Shown here piece after piece: positions 54,170 to 63,072 of a stretch of 64,000 nt of DNA. The DNA is from a virus, in the IMG/VR virus record IMGVR_UViG_3300037418_004082; one strand, written 5' to 3'. Every line of letters starts with the position of its first letter. The stretch's first letter is position 1. A program made the translations under genes and the position numbers. The notes under the pieces are model-generated. The model was not told the origin of the DNA, did not search any database, and saw nothing but the letters and a program-made list of their open reading frames with translations.

Positions 54170-54937
54170 TTAATTTTTCGCAATCTCGATCGTCATCGCC
54201 GCGTTGCGTGCACCGTCGAGCGACACCTTCTTGCCGAACAGGTGGCCGTTCTGCCGCATGTTGTCTTGCATTTCACGTGCCAGCTTGAGGTGCGCGTGGT
54301 CCACCTTGTCCTTCAAACCGAACGAACCGTCGAGGATCGCGATCAGGTTCACGAGATCGAAGCCGCAACCGCCCAGGGCCGCGTACCTCTCTTCGGGGCG
54401 CTGCGGGTGGAAGATGAACAGGCTGGGCGGAAGCACGCGCATCTTGCCGGTGGACTCCCACACGTGCACGGGCACGTTCTGCTCGTACAGCGCCTGGTGG
54501 ATGAGGTTCGCGTTGGGGAAGCGGCACTTGCAGACGGGGTCGTACTCGAAGACGGCGCGCCCCTTGGCATCCAGCCCCGCGATGCGCTCCTGGGGCGCGT
54601 GGTGGCAGAAGTAGAACTGCGGGTCGGGCACCTCGCACTTGCGCAGCATCGTGAGCAGCTCCTGCTGCACCTTCATGTAGCCGGCCATGTCCATCTGGCC
54701 CATCTCGATGTAGGGCGCCATGTCGATGGCGATGGGCGTGGCGCCCCGTGCCAGGCACTGCTCGCGGATGAAGTCCACCACGGGCATGATCAGCTCTTGC
54801 TCGCCGACCTTGGTGGGCACGGGCGGTGCCATCCCGTGCTTCTCCGCGTAGGCTTGGCCCACTTCCTTCTTGAGCCGTCGCACGACGCCGTCGATGGTGA
54901 AGACGATGGCAGGACGCTTCTTACTCTTGATCATCAC
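54170..54937 (-). CDS. HAD/GmhB-like protein with substituted catalytic motifs
   Basis: IVFTIDGV (DxD lost), FYFCHH...CKCRFP (RKP to RFP). Confidence 0.6.
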   Translation of the reverse strand: MMIKSKKRPAIVFTIDGVVRRLKKEVGQAYAEKHGMAPPVPTKVGEQELIMPVVDFIREQCLARGATPIAIDMAPYIEMGQMDMAGYMKVQQELLTMLRKCEVPDPQFYFCHHAPQERIAGLDAKGRAVFEYDPVCKCRFPNANLIHQALYEQNVPVHVWESTGKMRVLPPSLFIFHPQRPEERYAALGGCGFDLVNLIAILDGSFGLKDKVDHAHLKLAREMQDNMRQNGHLFGKKVSLDGARNAAMTIEIAKN

Positions 54938-55833
54938 GACCTCATGTACTTGGCGAGATGGGCGTCTCGCGTGTTCTCGAACTGGGTAGGCGAGGCGAGG
55001 TCCACGACGTCGCTCATTTCCATCCGTCGGCTCGCCCGGCGCTGACGGTACGGGAAGAAGATCTCCACGATCGCACGCGACGGCGCGTCCGTGACGTAGA
55101 GGTGGAAGAAGTAGCTGCGTCGCAACAGGTTCTTGAAGTAGCGCACGTCACGTGGCCCACCCTTGGGGTTCGCGAAGAGCTTCTTCTTCCACGTGGCAGG
55201 GCTTGCCTTGGGATTGAACAGCTTGACGCCCGTCAGGGCCTTCACGTGCTCGTACACCCACTGGAACTCGCGCTCCGACACGAGCTGCCCGAAGATGGTG
55301 GGCCCACGCTTGCCGCGCACGAAGTCGCCCAAGGTGAAGTCCACCAGGGCTTCGAGATTGCCGTCTGCACGTTCTAACATGTAGAGGAAGAACGCCTCCA
55401 CGGACTTGGAGTCCACGGACGCTCGCAGCACGGCAGGTGGCGTATCCAGGGGCTCCTCGACCAGCAGGGTCTGCAGCTCCTTGTAGGACACGTCGAACGG
55501 GTGGTCCTTCACGAGCCCCTGCTCGTGGATGTAGGCCAGGAAGCCTCGCAGGTGCAGCAGCTTCAGGCACATCGTGCGGGAGGCGTGCTTCGTCACGGAG
55601 AGCACGCGGATATAGCGGTCTACGACCTCGCGGTTGATCGCGCCCACGTCGTCGATACGCTGGGTGGCGAGCCACGCGATGAACTGCTTGCCGCTCAATC
55701 GCGTGTGCATCCACTCCATCTTCGAGAGGCAGTTCTGCTTGCGCAGGTATGCCATCAGGACCTCGTCGATGGGGTGGGCTGCAAACCTATGCCTGACGCG
55801 CTCTTCGAGGTACTCCTCGGAGACGGCCTTCAT
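54934..55833 (-). CDS. degenerate tyrosine-recombinase (XerC/D-like) protein
   Basis: Core-binding-domain-like N-half; GNLEALVDFTLGDF in place of GLRxSEL..L..D; LRRSYFFHL in place of LRHSFATHL. Confidence 0.6.
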   Translation of the reverse strand: MKAVSEEYLEERVRHRFAAHPIDEVLMAYLRKQNCLSKMEWMHTRLSGKQFIAWLATQRIDDVGAINREVVDRYIRVLSVTKHASRTMCLKLLHLRGFLAYIHEQGLVKDHPFDVSYKELQTLLVEEPLDTPPAVLRASVDSKSVEAFFLYMLERADGNLEALVDFTLGDFVRGKRGPTIFGQLVSEREFQWVYEHVKALTGVKLFNPKASPATWKKKLFANPKGGPRDVRYFKNLLRRSYFFHLYVTDAPSRAIVEIFFPYRQRRASRRMEMSDVVDLASPTQFENTRDAHLAKYMRS

Positions 55834-55837
55834 CGGA

Positions 55838-56275
55838 TTAGCCGGTCGTCTGCTGCAGGTACTCCTGCGCCGACGGGTGCATCAGCGCCTCCGTCTGGTA
55901 GCCGCCCGCCTGCAGGGCCGCCAGCAACGCGTTGACCTGCTGCTCGTGCTTGTCGGTCACGAGGATGTCGGCCGACGCGATCAGGTCGATCGCCGCGTTG
56001 ATGATGTTGGTCTGCTTGTCGAGCTGCACCAGGACCGTGGGCCACGTGTTCTTGACGGCCTTGATCAGCACCGCGTTGGCCTGGGCCTCCGCGTCCGTCA
56101 ATCCCGACACGTGCCCCACGAACACCGGGTCGCCCACGTTCGGGTCCTTCTCGTCCACGGCCACCACCATGTAGACCGGGGGCGCGCCCTCTTCCGAAGG
56201 GGCGGTCGTCAGCTCCCAGCGCTTGCCGGTGGTCGCGTTGACGATGTCGTCGAACTGCTTCTGAATCGTGCTCAT
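55838..56275 (-). CDS. hypothetical phage protein
   Basis: ANAVLIKAVKNTWP resembles common phage ANA.LIA motif; AAGGA RBS. Confidence 0.7.
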   Translation of the reverse strand: MSTIQKQFDDIVNATTGKRWELTTAPSEEGAPPVYMVVAVDEKDPNVGDPVFVGHVSGLTDAEAQANAVLIKAVKNTWPTVLVQLDKQTNIINAAIDLIASADILVTDKHEQQVNALLAALQAGGYQTEALMHPSAQEYLQQTTG

Positions 56276-56661
56276 GCGCGCGTGTCCTTCTTCTCTTCCT
56301 TCTTGTCGCGTTCGGCCTTTTCCATCTCGCGCAGCTTGGTGCGGAAGCGATTGTGCAACGCCTTCGCCGCCTTGTCGCGCTTGAACGTTTTCGCGTCGAT
56401 GCCCTCGCGCAAACTTTGCACGAGTACACGTACGTCTTCGATGTCGAGAGGCTCTCCGAACATCCCGGTGATGTCGATGGGCACGTTCTCGTCGTCGCTG
56501 TCCACATACCACGCCATATCACGTGGCACATAGTTGAGCTGTTTCGTGGTTCCCACGAGGTAACCGTGTGCCGATTGCGTGGCTCTCACGTGATCGGTCG
56601 AGGCCACGTTAAGAGGCACATTTACGATCTTGTCGCCGTTGATGATATTGAGTCGGATCAT
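56272..56661 (-). CDS. hypothetical protein
   Basis: First gene of the long leftward block; ATGA overlap. Confidence 0.65.
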   Translation of the reverse strand: MIRLNIINGDKIVNVPLNVASTDHVRATQSAHGYLVGTTKQLNYVPRDMAWYVDSDDENVPIDITGMFGEPLDIEDVRVLVQSLREGIDAKTFKRDKAAKALHNRFRTKLREMEKAERDKKEEKKDTRA

Positions 56662-56856
56662 CTCACGTGATTCTCTTGTGACACTGACGTGTCGTGTTGT
56701 GAAACGAATGTGATGCGAATGTGATGCACGTGATGCGACACGTGTGGACGTGAACTTTTCTAACGAATGTCACGTTTTTAATCAGCAGTTGCCTGCTAGT
56801 GTATAATAGCTCACAATTGAAGGCTTGTCATCGTATCACTTTCGGAGATCATTCGC

Positions 56857-58107
56857 GTGCTGCATAAAGTCTGGAGTGGGGCCGTCCGTTACGTGGCCCT
56901 GGGTCGTCTGGCGGCCCAAGATGGTAAGTTTCTCGTCCACGACGTGGGGGTTGACGACACGCTCTCCTTGCGCCTGCCTGGCGAAACGTCCGATCCCGTG
57001 AGCATCAAGGCGATCCGCGCACACACCAATGACGTCTTGGAGGTCGCGCAGATCCCCGACGTCGAACCGTCGGACGAACAGGTGTTCGAACTGACGATCG
57101 AGCGCACCATCGTGCACGGCAAGTGCATGGAGTGCGCGCAGCAAGGACTCGTGCGCGAAGGCTTCAAGCCCGGCACGATCGATGGCAAGTTGACGCTGTT
57201 GCCGACGCACCGTCACTGCCAGTGGAACGGTTCGATCCTGCCGGACGGCTACATCGGCAACTACTCCGACGACGCGCGCACCATGATGGAACAGATGCTG
57301 CTCGCGACGGGGCAAGCGCGCCTGTCGTTCCCGATCGCGCGTGGCAAGAAGACGGTGCGCATGCACGTGCTGACGTTCGCGGAGAACGACGCGGTGCGCG
57401 AATGGCAGGACGACTTCCTGCGCAAGAACAAGGACGCGTCGGACGTCGTGTACTTCGAGCAGCAGACGCGTGCGCACCTCGCGCTCGCGCTCGACGACGA
57501 CGGCAACGGCAAGAGCCCCGCGCTCGCGCTCGCCAACGTGGACGTCAACAAGTTCTCGATCTTCCAGCAGCTCTTGCTGCGGATGGCGCACTTCGGCCAG
57601 TACCCCGACGCGTTCTACCGCAAGCTGACCGACATCTCCGCGCGCATCGACGGCCTCGCCGAAGAGGTGTGCGCGCAGCGCATCGACGACGACATCAGCG
57701 AGGACGATCTGCTGCAGCTCGGCGAGGACCTCGTGCACAGCGAGCCCGTGCTGCAGGCCATCAAGGTGTTCGGCGGCCGCAGCGAGCTGTACTTCACCGC
57801 GGTCAACAAGGACGTGATCGACGCGGCGGACAAGTGGGCGGAATCCATCATCACCCAGATCCGCAAGGAGCAGGGCGGCGACGTGCTGACCGTTCGCGAG
57901 AACGAACTGCGTTCCATCGCACGCTTCGCGGCGGAGTTCCGTGGCGACGCGCGTGTGTCGTTCGACGAGTCGAGCACGTTCGACGAGCGTCTCGGTTACT
58001 TGACGGAGCTGTGCCACCCGTTGTGGAACATGTACCTGCACGCGGGCAACGTGTGGCGTCAGCGCGCTCACCGTGCGATGGGGGTCGATACGCTGGGAAA
58101 GTCCTAG
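56857..58107 (+). CDS. hypothetical protein (416 aa), possible tail/baseplate assembly chaperone, frameshift upstream ORF
   Basis: GTG after GGAG; ends CTG GGA AAG TCC TAG. Confidence 0.75.
   Translation: MLHKVWSGAVRYVALGRLAAQDGKFLVHDVGVDDTLSLRLPGETSDPVSIKAIRAHTNDVLEVAQIPDVEPSDEQVFELTIERTIVHGKCMECAQQGLVREGFKPGTIDGKLTLLPTHRHCQWNGSILPDGYIGNYSDDARTMMEQMLLATGQARLSFPIARGKKTVRMHVLTFAENDAVREWQDDFLRKNKDASDVVYFEQQTRAHLALALDDDGNGKSPALALANVDVNKFSIFQQLLLRMAHFGQYPDAFYRKLTDISARIDGLAEEVCAQRIDDDISEDDLLQLGEDLVHSEPVLQAIKVFGGRSELYFTAVNKDVIDAADKWAESIITQIRKEQGGDVLTVRENELRSIARFAAEFRGDARVSFDESSTFDERLGYLTELCHPLWNMYLHAGNVWRQRAHRAMGVDTLGKS
58095..58101 (+). other. -1 programmed ribosomal frameshift slippery heptamer G GGA AAG
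   Basis: X XXY YYZ in correct frame, identical to the lambda G/GT site; -1 frame open to 58460. Confidence 0.75.
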
Positions 58108-58460
58108 ACACCACGTGGGGCAGCTTGCGCTCGCAGGCTTACCTACGTGGCGTCAAGCTTCCACCACGCCACAGCTTACAAGACGCGTACATGCAACTGG
58201 CACTTCAACGTGAAAACGAACGACGTCTTGATGAAGTCAATGTTATAATTCATGCGTTGTGGGCCACCGTTCCGTCTGAAAGTCAAAAGACCTTCATCGA
58301 AGCGACCATGAACACGGCCAAGAGCATCTTCAAGTCCCTTTTCCCGTTCGCCAACCAGACGCCCAAGAGCACGGTGGATCGCGATCAGGAGCAGGCCCGA
58401 TTGCTTAAGAAGCTGATCGACGGGAAGGGCTTCAAGATCGAGATCGAGGGGGACAAATGA
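58101..58460 (+). CDS. -1 frame extension (119 aa) of the 56857 gene, giving a predicted 534-aa product
   Basis: VLDTTWGSLRSQAYLRG...IEIEGDK; no strong RBS for an independent start; ATGA overlap with next gene. Confidence 0.65.
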   Translation, partial: VLDTTWGSLRSQAYLRGVKLPPRHSLQDAYMQLALQRENERRLDEVNVIIHALWATVPSESQKTFIEATMNTAKSIFKSLFPFANQTPKSTVDRDQEQARLLKKLIDGKGFKIEIEGDK

Positions 58461-58723
58461 CGTCGGCGACGGTCGCTTACACGGCCTACACGTACCACAC
58501 ACGTCTCGACCACGAGGCCGCCTTGCGTCAGATGGAGACGATGACGGAGGTGCGTGCCGGTGACGTGATCGTGCTGTACCACAACGCTCGTCGGCACGGC
58601 TGCTACCGCGTGGCGAAGGTCCGTGACCCTTACCTGAAGCTGGTTCGCATTCCTTGGAAGAAGTTCATGCGAGCGCCCAAGCGTCTCGCTTCGATCCACA
58701 TTGGCACCCTGATCGCACCCTGA
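58457..58723 (+). CDS. hypothetical protein
   Basis: ATGA overlap after GAGGGG. Confidence 0.7.
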   Translation: MTSATVAYTAYTYHTRLDHEAALRQMETMTEVRAGDVIVLYHNARRHGCYRVAKVRDPYLKLVRIPWKKFMRAPKRLASIHIGTLIAP

Positions 58724-58737
58724 AAGGAGCATCTCCC

Positions 58738-60231
58738 TTGAACGTTCGCGTCGCCGACGAGCCGTTGGTCTTCACCGACAACAACGGCCAGCCCATCTTC
58801 ACCATCCAGCCCGATGGCAAGTTCCTGATCGGCGATCAGGAGATGCCGATCCCCGCCGTGCAGCAAGCGATGTTCGCGCAGTTCGCGCAGGCGTTCGTGG
58901 AGTCGAACGCCAACCAGGGCAAGACCATCTTGAAGATCACGAGCCACGCCGCGCGCATCGTGACGGATCTTCAGGCCGCGATCGGGGACGGCGAGCCCAC
59001 CGCGGAGCAGAAGCTGTTCGCGCTGCAGGCCCAGGTGTTCCCGGAGGTGGAGTTCGCGTTCGACCCCGCCACCGACGGCAACGTGGACATCTACATCGGC
59101 CTGCTGGAGCGCTTGAAGCACAACTTCTACAACGCGATCCAGATGGCGGAGTTGCGCGCGATGGCGAAGGCCAAGGCCGACGAGCAGAAGGTGCGTGACC
59201 TCGCCGCCAACCAGGTGGTCGAGAACGGCGCGGACGTGCTGCAGAACGGCGAGCCGATGAGCGCGCCCACGGAGATCGCGCGTGGCAGCACGAACGGCAA
59301 GACGCGCGTCACGAACGAGGACGGCAGCGAGTACGTGCCGGAAGCGTACCAGCCCGTCAACCCGCCGGTGGACGCGCCGCCCATCACGCAGGAGGACATG
59401 ACCTTCCTGTCCGGCCAGCCCATGGAATCGCTGCCGGAGCTGGAGGGCGAGGACGCCGCATCGCTGCAGCGCGGCATCGACCAGGCCGCCAACGGTGAAG
59501 GCCGCGTGCTCGACCTGAACGAGCTGCCCTACGAAGGTGATGATCCCGACCTCGTCAACGCCGCCATCGCCGCGGGTGGCATCGTCGTGGCCGGCAAGAT
59601 CATCACGCAGGACGGCTCGTACGAGACGTTCAAGCGCGCATGGGAAGGGACGAACGAGGACGCGGTTCGGATGCTACTGTCCAGCGCGTACCCCGACCAC
59701 CACGTGACCTGGTCGTGCGAGCAGGTGACCGAACCCGCGGACCCTCTCGATGCCGCGTCGGCGGCGACGGAAGCTGCGAGTGCTACTTCCGATGCGGCCT
59801 CGACGATCCCCTCTGGTGAACCGCACGTGCTCGTGGACGAGGCGGGCAACCGCACGCTCTCGTCCGCGGGTGAAGCGTTCTTGCGGTCGTCGGGCGTGGA
59901 CGATGCGGGTATCGCGGACATTCGGGCCAAGCTGGCGGCACGCACGCAATTTGAGCTGATGGCGGAGGTGAAGAAGCTGCAGGAGGCCGCCACGAGCACC
60001 GCGAGCCCTACGGTGGACACGTCTTCTACATCGAAGAGCGAACCTGTCTCGGATGCGGCGCCGACCTCTCCTACCGAAGCGACGAGCACGTCTGCCGCGG
60101 TTGAGGAGGTGGGCACGACCAACGACAGCCCTACCAGTGCCTCGCCTGTGGACGAGGCTACGAACGACGGCCCTGCCCAAACTGCTTCCCAAGAGTCGTC
60201 CGCGGGTACGGACGAAGCGGCATCGTCATAA
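58738..60231 (+). CDS. large acidic hypothetical protein with disordered S/T/A/E tail
   Basis: TTG after AAAGGAG; 497 aa. Confidence 0.75.
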   Translation: MNVRVADEPLVFTDNNGQPIFTIQPDGKFLIGDQEMPIPAVQQAMFAQFAQAFVESNANQGKTILKITSHAARIVTDLQAAIGDGEPTAEQKLFALQAQVFPEVEFAFDPATDGNVDIYIGLLERLKHNFYNAIQMAELRAMAKAKADEQKVRDLAANQVVENGADVLQNGEPMSAPTEIARGSTNGKTRVTNEDGSEYVPEAYQPVNPPVDAPPITQEDMTFLSGQPMESLPELEGEDAASLQRGIDQAANGEGRVLDLNELPYEGDDPDLVNAAIAAGGIVVAGKIITQDGSYETFKRAWEGTNEDAVRMLLSSAYPDHHVTWSCEQVTEPADPLDAASAATEAASATSDAASTIPSGEPHVLVDEAGNRTLSSAGEAFLRSSGVDDAGIADIRAKLAARTQFELMAEVKKLQEAATSTASPTVDTSSTSKSEPVSDAAPTSPTEATSTSAAVEEVGTTNDSPTSASPVDEATNDGPAQTASQESSAGTDEAASS

Positions 60232-60250
60232 CGTAACCAGGTAACAAACG

Positions 60251-60280
60251 AGGTGGGTGCCGTGTGCGCCCACCTTTCTC
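60251..60280 (+). terminator. probable Rho-independent terminator
   Basis: AGGTGGGTGC-CGTGT-GCGCCCACCT followed by TTCTC. Confidence 0.6.
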
Positions 60281-60319
60281 ACATTAGCAGTTCATTCGAT
60301 TCACGTTCAGGAGGATGGT

Positions 60320-60499
60320 ATGGCACGTCGTGCGAGCAGCTATTACGTCATCGACCTCACCGGACGCATCGTTGCGGTGAGCAGAGACTACAAAACCACG
60401 AACCCCAACGCGGAGGTCTACACGTCACGCACGGCGGCCAACGATGCGTTGCGCCTGCGCTTGCAACTCGCTGACGACGAGGAGCTGTCCTACGGCTAG
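60320..60499 (+). CDS. small hypothetical protein
   Basis: AGGAGG RBS; MARRASSYYVIDL... Confidence 0.65.
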   Translation: MARRASSYYVIDLTGRIVAVSRDYKTTNPNAEVYTSRTAANDALRLRLQLADDEELSYG

Positions 60500-60557
60500 T
60501 CATTGACACGTCACGTGTGTTATGCTTGCTCGTAGGATGACGTACAACGGAGGAACC

Positions 60558-61190
60558 ATGGACGAAGTAGCATACCCGCCCGCGCCCTATCCGCTGGGCG
60601 AAGTGGTGCGCAAGGTGATGCGCGAGCGTGGCATCGGCCTGCGCCAGATGAGCGAGTTGGTGGGCCTGCGCGCCGCCAAGTTCTGCGACTACATGCGCGG
60701 CAAGGAGAAGACGCCCGTGAGCGTCGCGGCCAACATCGCCAAGGCGCTCGACATGTCCATGGGCGAGACGTTGCACCTGCAGGAGCTGTGCGAGGTGCCG
60801 CTGCCCGACTGGGAGGCCATCGCCAAGAAGCAGCGCGAGCTGGAGGACGAGGGCAAGCTCATCGTGTTCCGCAACACGCGTACGGTGATGGATCGCGCCA
60901 TCATCAAGGCGATGGACGAGAAGCTGCAGGAGTTCCACGACTTCATCGCCATGAACGGCTGGTCGGACCCCAACTCGTTGATGGAGCTGGAAGAGCTGCT
61001 CGACAAGACGGACTACGTGCCGCTGCGTAAGAGCGCCATCCGCACGGCCTACATGGCGTACTTCCTCAACAACCCGCCCGTGGCCTTGCCCCCGCAGCTT
61101 GACAACCTGCCGCTGCCCTACAAGGCGGAGGACATCCCCACGCTCACGGAGCTGCTCGACAACATCCAGCAGGGCAACGCCGATGCCTAA
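60558..61190 (+). CDS. XRE-family HTH protein with C-terminal helical domain
   Basis: LGEVVRKVMRERGIGLRQMSELVG...YMRGK...IAKALDM; GGAGG RBS. Confidence 0.8.
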   Translation: MDEVAYPPAPYPLGEVVRKVMRERGIGLRQMSELVGLRAAKFCDYMRGKEKTPVSVAANIAKALDMSMGETLHLQELCEVPLPDWEAIAKKQRELEDEGKLIVFRNTRTVMDRAIIKAMDEKLQEFHDFIAMNGWSDPNSLMELEELLDKTDYVPLRKSAIRTAYMAYFLNNPPVALPPQLDNLPLPYKAEDIPTLTELLDNIQQGNADA

Positions 61191-61509
61191 CGGTGCGTGT
61201 GTCTTCACGCCGTTCGAGGAGCGCTTCCTGCTGGAGCCCGTCAAGACCATCACCAACGCCGGGATGGCGCTGGAGTATTCGTGTGAACTGCAGGACCTCG
61301 TTAAGCAGCGTGCACGTGTGAACACGAGCGGCCAGGTGTACCTGCTCATCTGTTCGCGTATGCGCGAGCTGGAGTTCGAGCTGAAGTTGTGGCGTTTGAA
61401 CAATCCCACGACCACGACGATGCTAGACGATCCGCGCACGGACATCTATTACAAGAGCACGCGTACCAACCCCAAGTACCCCGACATCAAGACAAGGAGA
61501 CTCACGTGA
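61183..61509 (+). CDS. hypothetical protein
   Basis: ATG overlapping upstream gene end. Confidence 0.6.
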   Translation: MPNGACVFTPFEERFLLEPVKTITNAGMALEYSCELQDLVKQRARVNTSGQVYLLICSRMRELEFELKLWRLNNPTTTTMLDDPRTDIYYKSTRTNPKYPDIKTRRLT

Positions 61510-61868
61510 CCGCCTTCGACGACTTCATCAACAAGAAGCTGCCCACGTCGCAAGACAAGAAGCAGCTCAACGACCTGGCGCTGTCCACGCCCAACGGCGG
61601 CGACATCCTGTTGGGCCGCAACGCCAACCAGGCAGGGCCTTTGGAGTCAGGCACCGTGCCGATCGCCAAGCTGCCGCGCGAACGCCAGACCATCGACGCC
61701 AGCTCGATCAGTCAAGCCCTCGATCAAGAGGCCGTGCTCTCGACGCTGCGCGCGGACGAGCAGATCCGCAAGACGGCCAAGCTGCACGCCAGTGACGAGC
61801 GCCAGCAAGAGGACGACACGTCGATGGTCAAGTACGGCGACCAGGCCGACGACACGGAGGGCGTGTAA
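61506..61868 (+). CDS. hypothetical protein
   Basis: AAGGAG RBS, GTGA overlap. Confidence 0.7.
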   Translation: MTAFDDFINKKLPTSQDKKQLNDLALSTPNGGDILLGRNANQAGPLESGTVPIAKLPRERQTIDASSISQALDQEAVLSTLRADEQIRKTAKLHASDERQQEDDTSMVKYGDQADDTEGV

Positions 61869-61869
61869 C

Positions 61870-62715
61870 ATGGAGACGTGGCAGAAGGAGTTCGCGCGTC
61901 TCGTTGACGCCTACAACACCGCACGTGACAACCACGCGGGCCTGCGCAGCTTGGGTTCGGTCGGCAACGAGGAAGTCCTCGCCGAAGCGTCCAAGGTGCA
62001 GACCGCCGCGTTCGACGCGCTCGTGGCGTACGTGGAGCGTGGCGTCGTTGCCGGCCCCGGCTTGGAGAAGGTGAACGGCACGTTGAGCGTCGCGCCGACC
62101 CTCGCCGGCATCTTGAACGTGGACCTCAAGGGTGCGTGGGGCGGCATCACGCTGGCCGACGGCTCGAACATCGTGCCCGACGCCAACGGCAACCTCGTGC
62201 ACGCGCCCGCCGTGCCCCAGAGCAGGCTCCTCGACGACGGCACGGGCAAGACGATGGACCAGCTCATCAAGGAGCAGGCCCAGGCGCTCGTGGACGGCCC
62301 GGCGCACAAGGCCGCGCTCAAGCTGGCCGACACCCTGCTCGCGCACCCCCAGCCCACCATCTTCGACACGCCGGAAGATCTGGCCGGGATGCTCGAAGAT
62401 CTCGCCGCGCTCGCCCCGGAAACCCTGCATCGCGGGCTGCGGAACATCATCGCGGACGAACTCTTCAACACGCGCGCCAAGCTGCACGAGCTGGCGTCCG
62501 ACCTCCAGAAGGAGACGCTGCGCTTGCGTCAGCGGCTCGACCAGAACGGCATCAACCACAAGGACATCGCCAAGAACTGGTACAACGTCAACCCGCCCGC
62601 GTTGCCGCCTGGCGACCCGATTGGCGTGAAGGTGGTGACCATCGACACGCCCAACGGCCCGATGCAGGCGTTCGAGCAGGTGACGATCACGGCCGACGTC
62701 CAGGAGGGCGAGTAG
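61870..62715 (+). CDS. hypothetical protein
   Basis: GGAGG RBS; 281 aa. Confidence 0.75.
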   Translation: METWQKEFARLVDAYNTARDNHAGLRSLGSVGNEEVLAEASKVQTAAFDALVAYVERGVVAGPGLEKVNGTLSVAPTLAGILNVDLKGAWGGITLADGSNIVPDANGNLVHAPAVPQSRLLDDGTGKTMDQLIKEQAQALVDGPAHKAALKLADTLLAHPQPTIFDTPEDLAGMLEDLAALAPETLHRGLRNIIADELFNTRAKLHELASDLQKETLRLRQRLDQNGINHKDIAKNWYNVNPPALPPGDPIGVKVVTIDTPNGPMQAFEQVTITADVQEGE

Positions 62716-63072
62716 ATGACGACGCTGTTCGAACGCGCCCTGATCACCCTCGGCGAATGCTTCGCGGGCAGTTCGGCGGCCGTCAAGGACTCCTTCTGCC
62801 ACGTCGTCTTTGAACTGCGTGGCCTCGACGGCAAGGCCATCCTCGACCTGCTGAAGCCCAGGCCCGCCAACGAGGACGCGCTGAACATCGACTACCTGGC
62901 GTGCCAGATGTACAACGCGTACGGCGAGGAGTGCGACTTCAAGACGTGGGACGGCAAGCCGATGCCCACGTGGGACGACCTCGTCACCAGCGGCTCCAAC
63001 GTGGTCGATCGCTGGAAGGCGTCGGCGACGCGTGCGTACCGCATCGTCAAGGAGCACTTGACCAATGGATAA
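62716..63072 (+). CDS. hypothetical phage protein
   Basis: YNAY...KTWDGKPMPTWDDL.....W motif common in small phage proteins. Confidence 0.7.
   Translation: MTTLFERALITLGECFAGSSAAVKDSFCHVVFELRGLDGKAILDLLKPRPANEDALNIDYLACQMYNAYGEECDFKTWDGKPMPTWDDLVTSGSNVVDRWKASATRAYRIVKEHLTNG

Noticed and set aside
54934-55833. Functional integrase implying a prophage
   Set aside because: Catalytic residues appear lost, and there are no att sites or host genes in the window.
56802-56807. TATAAT promoter for the 56857 gene
   Set aside because: Perfect -10 but no -35 or TGn extension; cannot be supported alone.
60503-60526. Promoter TTGACA...TATGCT before the XRE gene
   Set aside because: Spacer is only 12 bp.
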